Shown here in pieces: positions 49,308 to 62,923 of a DNA stretch of 64,000 nt (its first letter is position 1; every line of letters begins with the position of its first letter). The position numbers and the translations under genes were made by a program. The notes beneath the pieces are model-generated. The model was not told the origin of the DNA and ran no database searches. It was given only the letters and a program-made list of their open reading frames with translations. This DNA is from Haliotis rufescens (Eukaryota), in NCBI RefSeq assembly GCF_023055435.1, contig NW_025963851.1, forward strand, positions 62,001 through 126,000, in the 5' to 3' direction.

Positions 49308-50947
49308 TTGCCTTTTACCACGAATTACGAAAGCCATAACCTGCACGTGCATTTTGCTTTACTGTTTTCATGCATGACATTTTTTAACAAGTGTGAAAAC
49401 AATGCCGTTTAAGACATTTCAAATCGACAATGACTGCGTTTTGACGCATCGTTTGTCGAAAATGAGGCCACAGACATTTTCCAATAACATATATCCAATT
49501 TATATACCGGAGTTGTTGTGAAGTCAGTTTCAATGAACTACATACGACCTGTGTGTTTCTGTTTTTAAAGAGTGTATATCATGAGCATGTGTTTATGAAT
49601 CACTTTCAAATATTAATTATACCAGGTGTTCTCGAGAAGGTGAACGTATCCTGCCCCACAGGTGGCACCCGTCTGTTACAATGTAAATTGTGATAACGTG
49701 GTAAATTGTAATAAACTGCGGAAAATGTTATAACACTGTAGTAAAATGTAATACTGTGGTAAACTGTAATAAAACCTGCTGTAAATTGTTATGACTGCAC
49801 TGCGGTAAATTGTTATAAAAACTGCGGCAAATTGTAATTTCATCTCTCATTCCTTCAGGCTCCAAACATAATTCGAGTTCCATGGTTTGTTCGACCAAAG
49901 CATGAGCGGTTCCAACCTCCAGAGCGATTTTGTTTAAATTTTGGTGATATCATGTGTGTGTGTCTGTGCCTGTAAAATAAGTCTCATTATTTCGAATGCT
50001 TCAATATATGAAACGAAATTCACGAAGTGTAGACTAGAGCAGTTTTGATTTTACTCTAATAAACATGCAAACAAATCAATCACAGGACCAAAAGCCAGAT
50101 TTGACATCATTGGAACAAGCTCAAATAAGTAGACAATGCATGCGATGACAGGAATTGCATATGATTCCCAATATGAACTTATTTTGGGCGTTTATTTTAT
50201 ATGAAGCTATACCTTTGAAACATATGATCATCGTGGATTGCTGTATGTACAAGCACCATTGTCATGAATAGTACGACACCATATGTAAAAACATAGACCA
50301 TCTAGAAAATATATACATAAGACATAATGCATCAGATAACAAAATGTTTCTTGCCTTAATAAGAAGTGGAACGATCAATCAAGCAGGTCACTATCAGCAG
50401 TGTTGTGTACTGACCAGTGCTGACCATAATACTAATTTGCATGGTTATGCACTGCGGCCGCTGGACAATAGAATTCATGGAGTGCGATGGGTTTGATGGA
50501 TACATACTAAATCATTTTTTGCATAAATCTACATTCTTCAAGGTAAAGAAAAGTTATGTAGAAAAAGTGGTCCTGCAAACAGACACAGTCTTACATGTAG
50601 TTTATGCGAGCTTATTAAGCACCCTGAAATGATTCACATGTGTGTCTACTTGAAGTACACGTTACATGCACGAGCGTTGGTTGATGTTCTGAGCCTCACG
50701 AAGAAGTAATTGCATAAAACTGTTGTGGACACTACACAAGTCATATAGGTGTATCTACTAAACCATCCTCCAAAACAACACTCGAACCTTGCACTTTGTG
50801 CCACTTTCCTGACAAAACATATTCCAATGTTAGAATACAGAACCTTGATGTCTCCAAGTCCGATTATACTATTACCACATTACACTATTACCAAACATCT
50901 CCATTTAAGAAGCATTTATATTCAAATCTAGCAAATAGACAGAGTCT

Positions 50948-51068
50948 TCAGTCAACGTCTTCAACACTCCAGGAATCGTACCACGTCAGCACCGACATTA
51001 TCAGAGCGACCACCACGACTCCTGTAGACTCTCCCCTGTCACCACACCCACAAGTTACCGCCTTCTCC
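50948..51068 (-). pseudogene. Last exon of the diverged HHIPL paralog; frame open, acceptor AG mutated to GG
   Basis: EKAVTCGCGDRGESTGVVVVALIMSVLTWYDSWSVEDVD*. Confidence 0.75.
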
Positions 51069-52873
51069 CCGAAACAGAACATCAGAAAATATCAACTGCT
51101 GGAACCAATCTGAATTTATAGTGTTTTTGAGGGAAAGGCCGTTGATGTTTTGGAGGTGGAGGGGATGGGGGTGGAGGGGGCTTGTTTAATTGTTTAACAA
51201 ATACTGGAGGCAATATTGTGACCGCAGAGTTAACATTTAAAATATAACTGTTCACTGGACCCGTTGGATGTCCTGTAACAAATTTGTTGTGGTTCCTAAC
51301 AAGATTATCGGACCTTTAGTCGTTGTAGTCAATGCTTTATCAACTGTTACCTGTAATGTGTGTTCCGTCCTGGTGCAGGAATACCTTTGCTTAAACCTAA
51401 GGTTAATACATTGGCGTACCTCCGAGACGTCTTGAAGATCATTTTTCACCCTGGATATCAAGCCTGAGCTATATTTCGGAAGCTTGACAACTGTTGCTGC
51501 TGAATATTATTATCCTTGTCTTTATTGCTATTGTATTTATACTGCCATTGTACTTGTACTGCCATTTGATTTTGTACTGCCATTGAGTTTTGTAATGCCA
51601 TTCCATTGTGTCCTGTCATTGTAATTACTTTGAAGGATTTTGTATTAAATTGTAAACCTAGTTAATTTTATAATACAATTGGAAGTCGACACGTAACAGC
51701 ATACATTATCCACATCACCATGTTCATTCTAGCTTTGCATAAATACATGTTGCTTTATCCTATTGCCTAAAAACATATAGTTTGATCCGTGCTTGAATTG
51801 ACAATGGAAATCTTATCATGAATCTTTTCTCAACCAGCAATTGTCCACACTAAATGAGGCAGTACATTTGACACAAGCTATTCAGGAAGATACATGAATT
51901 GATTGTAATTTTCTTTAATTTCGACTTTGAGCAGAGCCTAAATTTGTTTTGACAGGTAATGTTGCATATTGACACTGTTTTGTAGTCTACTTCCGGAATG
52001 GGCCTGTATAGGCTACCATTCATCGCAGCATATTTTAATTCTATACGCAGGATAACTACATTTATCATATAATGGGTAGGTTTCTCGGCAGGATAAAGCC
52101 AACGGATAAAAACGATATCCGTTGGGGTTATAAGCGGATAAAGATGCAAATTTTAAACGTCAAGTAGGGACTACTTTCACTGTTTATAAACAAACATGTC
52201 GTGGCCCTCGTCATTCGGCGATCGAGTCAGAAATAACCATCGGGAATCTGGATAAACTATCATTATCAAAAGAACAGTCTAATATACTGAAAATCAGTGT
52301 TTAACTGTGACGTAGCTAAGTCATTTTATAAGTTTTGTCAACTTTGGAGATATAAATTTTGAAACAATTTTGCGAGGGCACTAGGCCTAGCCAAGCGAGA
52401 TCAGTAGCCATATCTGTGCTTGTAGACCTCTGCGGCTTGAAACCTTCTCCACAAATTAAAATAGTTGGATTTGGCCGAAATATGTTTGAATTGTTACTTT
52501 GTTTCGTTTTGTCGCTGTGTGTACATCTGACTACACTTCTTAACGTTATGACAGGACAGACCGACTGCCAACAACGTCTGACCGTGGCCGTGACGTCTCA
52601 TAGACTAGGGTTAGAGTAGCTTCCCTTTGACAAAGGGCAGTTACTCTAGCGGACAGACCGATGGATTGTTGTTGCTTCGCCACTGTATAAGAAACAGATT
52701 TCAGTTGGAACTAAATTGGCTACTTTCACTGTCCGACTGACACATCACTTAGCCTGTGATGTAATAAATATCAATGCGTGCATTCCAGGAAAACTCGCAG
52801 TGTTTCGGTAATGTTTGTGACAGAGGGAAAGCGATTTTGAAGCACAGAATTAAAGAAGGACATTATATGATAA

Positions 52874-53023
52874 AGAGGTTATCACGCTTGTGTGTTTGGG
52901 GATGGTAAATATCCTGTATTAGGAATAAACACTATGTATTTAGCTCGCCAAGGCTCGCTAAAAAAATGTTTATTCCTAATGCAGGATATTTACCAACCCA
53001 AACACACTCGCGTGATAACCTCT
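52874..53023. mobile_element. Foldback/MITE-like inverted repeat, about 57-bp arms
   Basis: AGAGGTTATCACGC...AGGAATAAACA / TGTTTATTCCT...GCGTGATAACCTCT. Confidence 0.8.
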
Positions 53024-53397
53024 ATAGCTCAGCCGCGCTTATGGACCGCTCGGCTTACTGATGTTCAAAAGATGTACTTACAATAACTACTAATGCCCTA
53101 GCAGCGGTCCCATACACTTGTATCGAGTTGTTTCAAGCTATGTCATCTCAGAACCATGTCAAATACAATATGTCATATACAATTTTCAAATAGTTTTTCT
53201 ATCTCAACATTACAAGAACATTGATTCATCAGTATCGGTATAATTCTGTACACTGCAGGTCGCTCTTAAAAGATCTGGTACAGAACGTTTTATCAACAGT
53301 TGATGCCAATTTTCTAACGATCAACACCCTCATCTTATTATGCTGCTGGATATTACACAACACACCAAGTTAAAGGCATGTCCCTGAAGCGTCAAAG

Positions 53398-53922
53398 TGT
53401 ATTCAAGCCTCCCCCACTATAACACACATACGTTATGTAAGCCTTCCCCCAAAACATACGTAAGTTATGCAAGCCTTCCCACTTTATCACACGTATGTTA
53501 TGCAAGCCTCTCTCACTATATCACACTTACAGTATTCAAGCCTCTCCCACTATAACACACATACGTTATGCAAGCCTCTCCCACTATAACACACATACCG
53601 TATTCAAGCCTCTCCCACTATAACACACATACGTTATGCAAGCCTCTCCCACTATAACACACATACCGTATTCAAGCCTCCCCCACAATAACACACATAC
53701 CGTATTCAAGCCTCCCCAACTATAACACACATACCGTATTCAAGCCTCCACCACTATAACACGCATACTGTATTCAAGCCTCCAACACGATAACACACAT
53801 ACTGTATTGAAGCCTCTCCCACTATAACACGCATACCGTATTCAAGCCTCCCCCACAATAACATACATACCGTATTCGAGCCTCCCCCACTGTAACACAC
53901 ATTCGTTATGCAAGTTTCTCCC
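53398..53922. repeat. Minisatellite, 34-bp unit
   Basis: Counterpart of 30260-30790. Confidence 0.93.
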
Positions 53923-53979
53923 ATCCCGGGCTCGAACTTGACCCCAGCAACCCATGATTGTCATACGAGGCGACTTTTT

Positions 53980-54384
53980 GGATCGGGTGGTCAGCCTTCG
54001 GTGACTTAATAGATCGGGTCGTCTGGTTCGGTGACTAAATAGATCGGATGGTCAGCCTCGGTGACTAAATAGATCGGGTGGTCAGGCTCTGTGACTAAAT
54101 AGATCGGGTGGTCAGGCTCGGTGACTAAATAGATCGGGTGGTCAGCCTCGGTGACTAAATAGATCGGGTGGTCAGGCTCGGTGACTAAATAGATCGGGTG
54201 GTCAGCCTCGGTGACTAAATAGATCGGGTGGTCAGGCGCAGTGACTAAATAGATCGGGTGATCAGCCTCGGTGACTAAATAGATCGGGTGGTCAGGCGCA
54301 GTGACTAAATAGATCGGGTGGTCAGCCTCGGTGACTAAATAGATCGGGTGGTCAGCCTCGGTGACTAAATAGATCGGGTGGTCT
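53980..54384. repeat. Minisatellite, 30-bp unit, about 13 copies
   Basis: Counterpart of 30847-31130. Confidence 0.95.
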
Positions 54385-55357
54385 TTGTGGATATCACGCA
54401 AGCAGGTTTCTCAAAGATTGAAGCCTACACGATTGACAAGCCTCATCAAATGTATATAACAATAGTATGTGTCGACCTTTGTTTTACAGGATCATAACGT
54501 GGAGTGGTGTTAGTTACCAAGTGTTTCAGGGCGTGGGGTCTATCGGTTACGCCAACTTGGACGCCAACCAGGTACAACAACGAGCCTTAACATATATATA
54601 TATTACAATAGTTTGTGTCTGTCTTTGTGTAAAAAGCATAAACACTTGTCATGACGGTAGATGCTTTGCCGCGTATTTCCTGGATATCGGAGCCAATCGA
54701 TTTTTGTTAAGGATGGACAAATGTTCTAAATGATCGAGGATGGAAAAAAAAAACTACCATAAATATATTTTCAAAAGTGTGTTCGTGTAATGACTATTCA
54801 GTACACTTACAATGGTACGTGTTGGGTAAAAATATATTATGCAAAATGTGATGAGGTGGGTCAGGAAAATATTAAACAGTCCAAATGGTGTTGGCAAGAT
54901 TTGCTCACAGAATTCCGATCTGAAACATGACAACTTTGGAAACCATATTATCATGAAATTTGGTGCTGAGTGTTAGACCGGCTGCAACTTGAAGAAATTT
55001 AGAATGTAAATTTGTTTTTTTAAATCCCCAAATGTCCAAACCATACTTCAAAATCGGAGCAATCGTTGAGAATGACATTATATAAGAAATCAGTACGCTC
55101 GTGTGTATCCGTATCGTCACGATATTCCTACAATATGACATTGGGGTTACACACGAAGGTAATAATTGATATGTCCTTTTACGTCCCTCAGCATCAAGTG
55201 CAAACAACAGCTTGTGATAACATAATATCAAATATTCATAATTAATTCATTTAAGATACGGGCTTGCAACAGGGAAAACCAGACATAACCTTGCAGAAGT
55301 TCGATTTATCATTTAGGTCCACCATTACGTCCTATCTATAGCTATCTTTAACCTTTT

Positions 55358-55495
55358 CTGTCACATGACCCAACATCACCAGTTTGTCCCGAACCTGAGA
55401 TGACGTATTTTGACTTGTTTCTGAGCTTATCAACAAACCTCTCAAAGCCCGCATTACGTCTCCACCGAGAGACGGTGTTAGGACACAAGGTGAGT
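55358..55495 (+). promoter_or_regulatory. Duplicated putative TRIM first exon/promoter with no TRIM coding exon downstream in the window
   Basis: Near-identical to 31575-31711; donor AAG|GTGAGT at 55489/55490. Confidence 0.5.
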
Positions 55496-57461
55496 TGGAG
55501 TGTTACACAACATATAGCATTGGTCGTGTTAAATGACTGTTAAAGAATGGGGAGGGGTAAAATATTTTGTTTTTTATTAATATGAACAATTTTTAGGGAC
55601 AGAGCATTTATTATAGCGTGGGGAGGGGAAATGAAACATATCCCCTCCCCAAACCTAATTGCACTATATGACCAATCCCTTATTTTAAATGTATACACAA
55701 TATTACGTTCTTTAGATATGTTGAATGTATGCTGTATTACACGGTGTGTTCATTGGCGAACGTAATTGAATGGTGTTAAAAACTGATGACCTTATGTTCT
55801 ACCACCCTCGTGTATCACATCCAGTGTCCTATATCTCCATTCTAGCAAGATCATCTTATTATGGAGAATGGGGCACGAGTGGTCCAGTCGTCTTTAGGAG
55901 CCGCGATTCGCTGTGCATAGTTGCGTCCCTTGGGCACGCCAGAAACCTTTGATTGTGGGTTCGAATACCGGTTCGCCCCGATTATGTTTCTATGTTTGTC
56001 AGCACCATACCCGTGCTCGTGGGAATGAATTTTGGTGCTGAGTATAAAACCATCTGCTATTTTAAGAAATTTTAAATGTACACTTTTCAAAAGATTTGTT
56101 TTATAAAATCCTCACATTTTCGAAATCATACTTTAAAGTCGGGCAAGCGTTGTGCTAATTCACATACAGTCAAGGGGCCAGCTATTTTACTTTATTGTTT
56201 TGTTTTGAATACCCTGATATGTTTTCCGGTGAGGTATGCTCTGTAGAAATACAGAATATAAGAACAAGTAATTCATCTCCCGTTAGAGGGCGTCGATGTA
56301 CATATGGGCTGAGTACAGATGACGACTGGAGTAGTCTATTATTCTATACGTAGATTCATTTTGGCCCCTAAGTACTCATGATGTGAGTGAGCGGAATAAA
56401 TTACAAATAGACTCTAACTAGCACTCCTTCACTGAACAAACCAATCTGATTCTGTGTCTATATAGCTAGTTGGTTTATAATTCGTTTGTAATTCAAACTA
56501 TGAACAAAATTGATTATACGACTATTGGTATTGGTCAGAAGTTGGTCATTTAGTTCGTGTATTTGTTTCAAAGTAAACCGTGTACACGCAACCTGCAGTC
56601 TTTTTAGGCATTGTAAACTCAACACTAAAATCTGTCAGTTATCCTCGATATGGGCTGGAAGAAAGTTTCCAAAGATTCTTAATATGAATTGTCAATAAAA
56701 TAACTTCCTACACACGGAAGCTCGATACACTAATTACTATATCAGTTCTCTAGTGAGTTAATTACCATATCATCCCAAGGTCGTACGACTGTGATGTTCT
56801 GCTTCACACACAAAGACGACCATAGATCAAGGTGATGTGAACAATGGTTGTATCACTGCTGTTTGTTGGATAAAGATACCACGTCAGTTACACTCAGTTT
56901 GTAGTCAGTTAGGAGACTGTCACCGTCAGTGGTTGGGATGACCCTGTCTATATACTCCTATCATTAACATTATACATAATGACTCGTGAGTTAAATACCT
57001 TTGAACGGTTGGGTGTTGTCAATACGTGCCGGTTTCTGCCCAAGGTTAATCTCCCTGCTGTCAGGCGGGGCTGGTGATTGGGCGTCTGTTTTCGAGTCAA
57101 AGGTTTATCTCTGAATGTATTGTAGCTGTTGCAGGTAGGGGGGCGCTAGATCTGTTGAGTGGTTAACGTTCCGTGGTTCGATCCCAGCGTGGACATAGAT
57201 TGTTAACATAACGTCTTGATCTAATTATAAGGTATGTGGTCTCTGGTTTTAGAGACATTTATCGTCGTAACACATGCATAATCTTTTCATAAGTTGCCTT
57301 ATTCTTTTGTCGGTAGTGGCTATCATTGGAGTACGACGTCGAACACGTGTATGGGGGCGTGACACTTGAGTGCATGATCCAAGTATACAGGACTTTGTTA
57401 CTTGTGATAGTTTAACTGTTATCCATATGCCGTGTGAGGCCAATGAAGCCATGAGCAAATA

Positions 57462-58886
57462 TACTCTTTAAAATAAGAAACGCAATACGAACATTTTGGG
57501 CCATTTCAGCAAAAGTAGCTGACAAAGAGGTGCACAATGAAGAGGTTTAATTTTTTGTGGTGTCAGTGACAAAGTTTGCGGATGAAAATGACTACAACAA
57601 GGACATGCAAACCATTAGTCGGGAAACATGTACGATTCGGAAAAAGGCACCCAGGGCATTAACAAAAGGGCCATTGAGCTACACGTAGCCAGGAATTTCA
57701 ATGTAAGATCCATCACCATAACATTGCTATGGGATCGCTTTCAACAGTATGGGTCAACATGTGAACGGCCAAGGACGACCAAGAGTTACCACCCCCGCCT
57801 AAGATCGCTACATCCGACTGTACCACCTACATGAAAGCACGACCACAGCCGCCTTAACCGCATCCTAAATACACGAATTACGCAGAATCTGCGAACACAA
57901 TGTACGAAACCGTTTAAGAGCAGTAGGTCAACGAGCAAGACGTCCTGTTCGACGCGCCATATCAAGTCGAGAACATATGTGGCCTCAACTGCGATGGAGA
58001 GATGTCTTGTTAAGCAACCAATGAAGATTTCGCCTCCGTCGAAGGGGTGGAAGAGCACTGGTCTACAGACTTCGGGGAGAACGTTTCACCGGAAACTGCG
58101 TACAGGAAGCGGACAGGTTGGGTGGGGGTAGCGTATTGATGTTGGGGGCTATCTCTCATCATGGCAGGACAGGTTTGGTGAGGGTAACGTTATGATGTTG
58201 GGGCCATCTCTCATCATGGCAGGACAGGTTTGGTAGGGGTAGCGTTATGATGTTGGGGCTATCTCTCATCATGGCAGGACAGGTTTGGTAGGGGCAGCGT
58301 TATGATGTTGGGGCTATCTCTCATCATGGCAGGACAGGTTTGGTGAGGGTAACGTTATGATGTTGGGGCCATCTCTCATCATGGCAGGACAGGTTTGGTA
58401 GGGGTAGCGTTATGATGTTGGGGCTATCTCTCATCATGGCAGGACAGGTTTGGTAGGGGCAGCGTTATGATGTTGGGGCTATCTCTCATCATGGCAGGAC
58501 TGGTTTGGTAGGGGTAGCGTTATGATGTTGGGGCTATCTCTCATCATGGCAGGACTGGTTTGGTGGGGGTAACGTTATGATGTTGGGGCTATCTCTCATC
58601 ATGGCAGGACAGGTTTGGTGGGGGTAGCGTTATGATGTTGGGGCTATCTCTCATCATCGTAGGACTGGTTTGGTCCATATCCAGGGCAATCTTTCGGCTC
58701 AACGATACATCAACGAAATTCTCCAACTACACGTCCTCCCAATTGCAGCCAACGGCAACGGTGTATTCCATCAGGATAACGCTCGACCGCATACAGCACG
58801 GATCACAAGAGCCTGTCTACACAAAAACAATGTTGATGTTCTCCCCTGGATTCCCAGATCCCCGTATTTGAACCCGATAGAGCACC
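57462..58886 (+). mobile_element. Tc1 element 1, second copy
   Basis: Counterpart of 34106-35120. Confidence 0.9.
58111..58673. repeat. Minisatellite, 55-bp unit, 10 copies, inside the Tc1 transposase
   Basis: GGACAGGTTTGGTAGGGGTAGCGTTATGATGTTGGGGCTATCTCTCATCATGGCA. Confidence 0.96.
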
Positions 58887-58914
58887 TGTGTGTGTGTGTA
58901 GAGAGAGAGAGAGA

Positions 58915-58948
<34 letters not shown>

Positions 58949-59041
58949 CAGACAGAGAGAGCCTTAGAGAGACAGAGAGAGTCACAGTGAGATATATGCT
59001 TCCAATAAGTCTCATCTGTATATATGCCTTCGTACAATATA

Positions 59042-60356
59042 TACTCAACAACAAAAGTTCCTGTGATACCAACATTTTAGTGTATTTTTCAAACAAGTAA
59101 AGTTTGGATTTCAATATTGTAGTACATGGATAGAACAAGCCACGAAAACGCAACTGCTACAGAAAAGCATGTATTCCATGCAAAAGTTGACCTATATGCA
59201 AGCCCCATTGATTTCACTACCCAAGAATGGGTATAAAAACATGTGCATTAACGGGATTTCATATGTATTGTTTAACATCGTGCTGACAACAACCACTCAG
59301 AAAAACAACACAATTACGCAATTATTCAACATTACGAAATGACATAAGCGAAATAAGCGGCTGCGTGCCATTGGTATGCTTGAAACAGGATCGAGTCAAC
59401 GTGATGTTGCAAGACAATTTAACGTCCACAGAAACACCATTTGGTGTTTATGGCAACGTTGGCAACAAACGGATGCAGTCGCTGCCACGATGTGTTGCAA
59501 GACAATTTAACGTCAACCGAAACACCATTTGGTGTTTATGACAAAAGACGAATGCAGTCAGAGACCATCCTCGGTGTGGCAGGCCACGCATAACCAATAA
59601 TCGACAAGACAACTGGACTCGAACAACACACCTACGAAATCGATTCCAGCCAACAACAGTGACTGCAAGAAGCATTCCTGGCCTTGGACGAATATCTTCA
59701 TAAACCGTACGTCGCCGCCTCAGATGTGCAGGGATTATCGCCACGAAGACCCACCAGGCGTCCCATTTTGACAGGAAACCACAGCCAAGCACGTCTACAG
59801 TGGTGCAGACAGCATCTACGCTGTACGGACATGCAGTGGGGACAAGTTCTATTCACTGACGAGTCTCGTTTTCACCTCAGCCACAGCGATGTACGGATTC
59901 GAGTGTACCGACGTCGAGGTGAACGTTACGTCAATCATTGTGTCACGGAAGAAGATCGGTTCGGGGAGGCAGTGTTATGGTATGGGGTGGGATTACAGCA
60001 AGGCAGAGGACCCGTTTGATATTGGTAGAGGGGAATCTCAATGGACAGCGCTACCGCGACGAGATGATCGGCCCTGTTGTTCTACGGTTTTTGCGTCGTC
60101 ATGGCATTACCTTTCAACATGACAACGCCCGGCCTCATATTGCTCGACTAGTTCAGGAATCTCTTCAACAAAACAACGTGAATGTCATCCCCTTGCCGGC
60201 TCGCTCCCCTGATCTCTCACCAATCGAGCACATTTGGGATGAGATGGATCGGTGCCTACGACGTCAACCACGTGTTTCACAGACACTCGAGGAACTTCGA
60301 AACATGCTCCAGCAGACAGATATCCCACAGGACTTTGTGCGACGCCTGGTCCATTC
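59042..60356 (+). mobile_element. Tc1 element 2, second copy, 3'-truncated at the duplication breakpoint
   Basis: Left TIR intact; VLFTDESRF, FQHDNARPH, SPDLSPIEH; homology to unit 1 ends at CCATTC 60356. Confidence 0.93.
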
Positions 60357-60580
60357 GGGGGAGTCGTTGCACAACGGTTTCAATGCCATCATTCAACAGT
60401 CCTCAGGCTACTGAGCAGATACCAGCAGAAAAGAACCACCAGAGATCGACCACGTCCGGGTCAACGTCGTGTAACTACACCACGTCAGGATCGCCATATT
60501 GTTCGTCGAAACTTCGTGATCGTACACTTCCGGCGACCAGGACTGCAGCAACCGTACAAGGCCTACGGAATGCTAGCGCA
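60357..60580 (+). mobile_element. N-terminal fragment of a fourth Tc1 transposase
   Basis: VAQRFQCHHSTVLRLLSRYQ...RDRPRPGQRRVTTPRQDRHI (paired-like HTH plus GRPR-like motif). Confidence 0.8.
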
Positions 60581-60621
60581 CAGGTCCACTCCCCCATAAA
60601 AGAGTAACACCTCGACGGATT

Positions 60622-61325
60622 GCTAGGGTACACGTCCCTGTATATCACTGACACACACGATAAAACCTAGGGTGCAAGTCCACTCCCCCCTACAACACTG
60701 ACACATATGGGGAAAGCTAGGGTGCAAGTCCAGATCCTCTTTATCACTGGCATCCCCGAGAAAAAACTGGGGTACAGGTCCACATCCCATGATATCACTG
60801 ACACACCGGAGGAAACATTGGGCACAAGTCCGCTCCCCTCTACATCACTGGCACATCGGGGAAAGCTTGGGTATAGGTCAACATGACCGTATAAAACTGA
60901 CACATCGGGGAAGTGAGTGTACAGGTCCACATGACCGTATAACACTGACACATCGGGAAAGGGAGGGTACAGGTCCACATGACCGTATAACACTGACACA
61001 TCGGGGAAAGCGAGGGTACAGGTCCACATGACCGTATAACACTGACACATCGGGGAAGTGAGTGTACAGGTCCACATGACCGTATAACACTGACACATCG
61101 GGGAAAGCGAGGGTACAGGTCCACATGACCGTATAAAACTGACACATCGGGGAAAGCGAGGGTGCAGGTCCACATGACCGTATAAAACTGACACATCGGG
61201 GAAAGCGAGGGTGCAGGTCCACATGACCGTATAACACTGACACATCGGGGAAAGCGAGGGTACAGGTCCACATGACCGTATAACACTGACACATCGGGGA
61301 AAGCTCGGTTACAGGTCCACGTCCC
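60622..61325. repeat. Minisatellite, 49-bp unit, related to 19518-20150
   Basis: GGGTACAGGTCCACATGACCGTATAACACTGACACATCGGGGAAAGCGA. Confidence 0.95.
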
Positions 61326-61341
61326 CAGTTCGTGCTTCAGA

Positions 61342-61850
61342 GATTCAAAAGATTACTTCAACTTTCCAATGGTCAACTTTTCCTTCATGTCGAGCAAAAT
61401 TCAAGCTGCTCCAGCTTTTGGTGTATACATTTCACATCTTTGGAAGTACAATCGATGATGCTTTTTCTACCTGGATTTCAAGGAGCATCATACGACTTTT
61501 GCTCCAAAATTGTTTGATCAATATTACAACAATCAAGGCCCCTTTCTAAACGTTTTATGGTAGATAAGTGGAGAACATTTCCAAATTTGACACATCAGTG
61601 ACAAAAGTGATGTCCGATGCAACTCCCTATTTTGACTTGTACCATACATAATTTTTCAGGTGAACAATTGACTTGCCCTTGCATATCTTCTTATGGATAT
61701 CACCGTTGGGATAAGATACGCTCACATTCTTCGCGAATATCTGGTATCATCACTATTTGATAGTGATTCAAAGACACATGCTCATGATATAGTCGGAATC
61801 ATACAATCGACTCTGCTTTACGCTTTGAATTTGCAAAGGGTTTTGCCGCT
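61342..61850 (+). mobile_element. Penelope-like retroelement RT C-terminal fragment and 3' flank
   Basis: DSKDYFNFPMVNFSFMSSKIQAAPAFGVYISHLWKYNR*C..YLDF matches the DKRDDFNF.IVNFP.L.SNIP...AYGVYISQLIRY motif. Confidence 0.7.
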
Positions 61851-62923
61851 TATATTTGTTTGAGTACAGTGATATCATGACACATGTGATGACTCTGGTG
61901 CAGCTTATATATCATGATACATGCCATAGGTCTGGCAGATGACATTGTGACACTGTCGCAATGTGTTGATGCAGGACTCGATACCAGGGACACTATGGAG
62001 CTTTGTAGTTCTGTTGAATGGATACGGTTATATGTGGAACAGCTGTAAGCTATAGTATTTATGCAAAATCCACATTTCCTTGTATTCAGCTCTGAATAGA
62101 AGTGATAATCACCCATCTACCACCATGGCTACTTCACCCTGTCAGTTGATGATATCCACATATTTGCGTGTACATGCATTTTCTATTTAACATCAGTCAG
62201 TGCTTACTGTGTTGAATAGTGTCATGATTGTGTTCTCCGAGTCATCACCATAACGTGATTAAGGAAGTATGTGATGTCATAGCACTATTCCAGCAATAAA
62301 GTCTGGGTCAGACAATCCAGTGATTGACTGTGCATTAGTAACATTCTATGCCATCGACCAGTCAGTGAGTTGGGTTTTAGACTGCTTTTTGCAGGTGACA
62401 CATTATAACCATGTGATCATGCGTGGATCTTTAGGCACCTCGATAAATGAGTATGAGGAATGGGTTTTTGGACAGATATGCTGCTAATTATATCTTCATC
62501 ATAGGTACTTCATACATTGTTGAGCAGGCTGCTTAATTTCTGCATTCTCTTCCAGAATCTCCATTTTCTGTACTACAAATGAATAATATGATGATAACAA
62601 CCCATGACGTATCATTGTGTGAGCAAATGTTGTGTTTGGTCGGCAGTATTCCAGCTATGTAACGGTGCCTGTACATAATCGTGTCAATCTAGTAATTGAT
62701 AGCATCGCATCAAGGTGACTAATTGTAACCATTTGCTCCACGTGGGTCTTTAGGCGGTTCAATCCTGTGGCACCTATTCTGCCTGGAATACTCAGTGTGT
62801 ATTAAGTAAATATTGCTCACTATTGAAGAAAAAAGGGTAATTTTCAAAGGGCATTCCTAAAACTTGATAATGCAGATTCATCTGATTCACGTGGGTTCCT
62901 ACTAAGTGACTCTTCACACAACA

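Larger units (their letters stand above)
35231..59006 (+). repeat. Segmental duplication unit 2 (TRIM-B, deleted HHIPL-B, spacer)
   Basis: Colinear with unit 1 but about 9 kb shorter. Confidence 0.92.
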
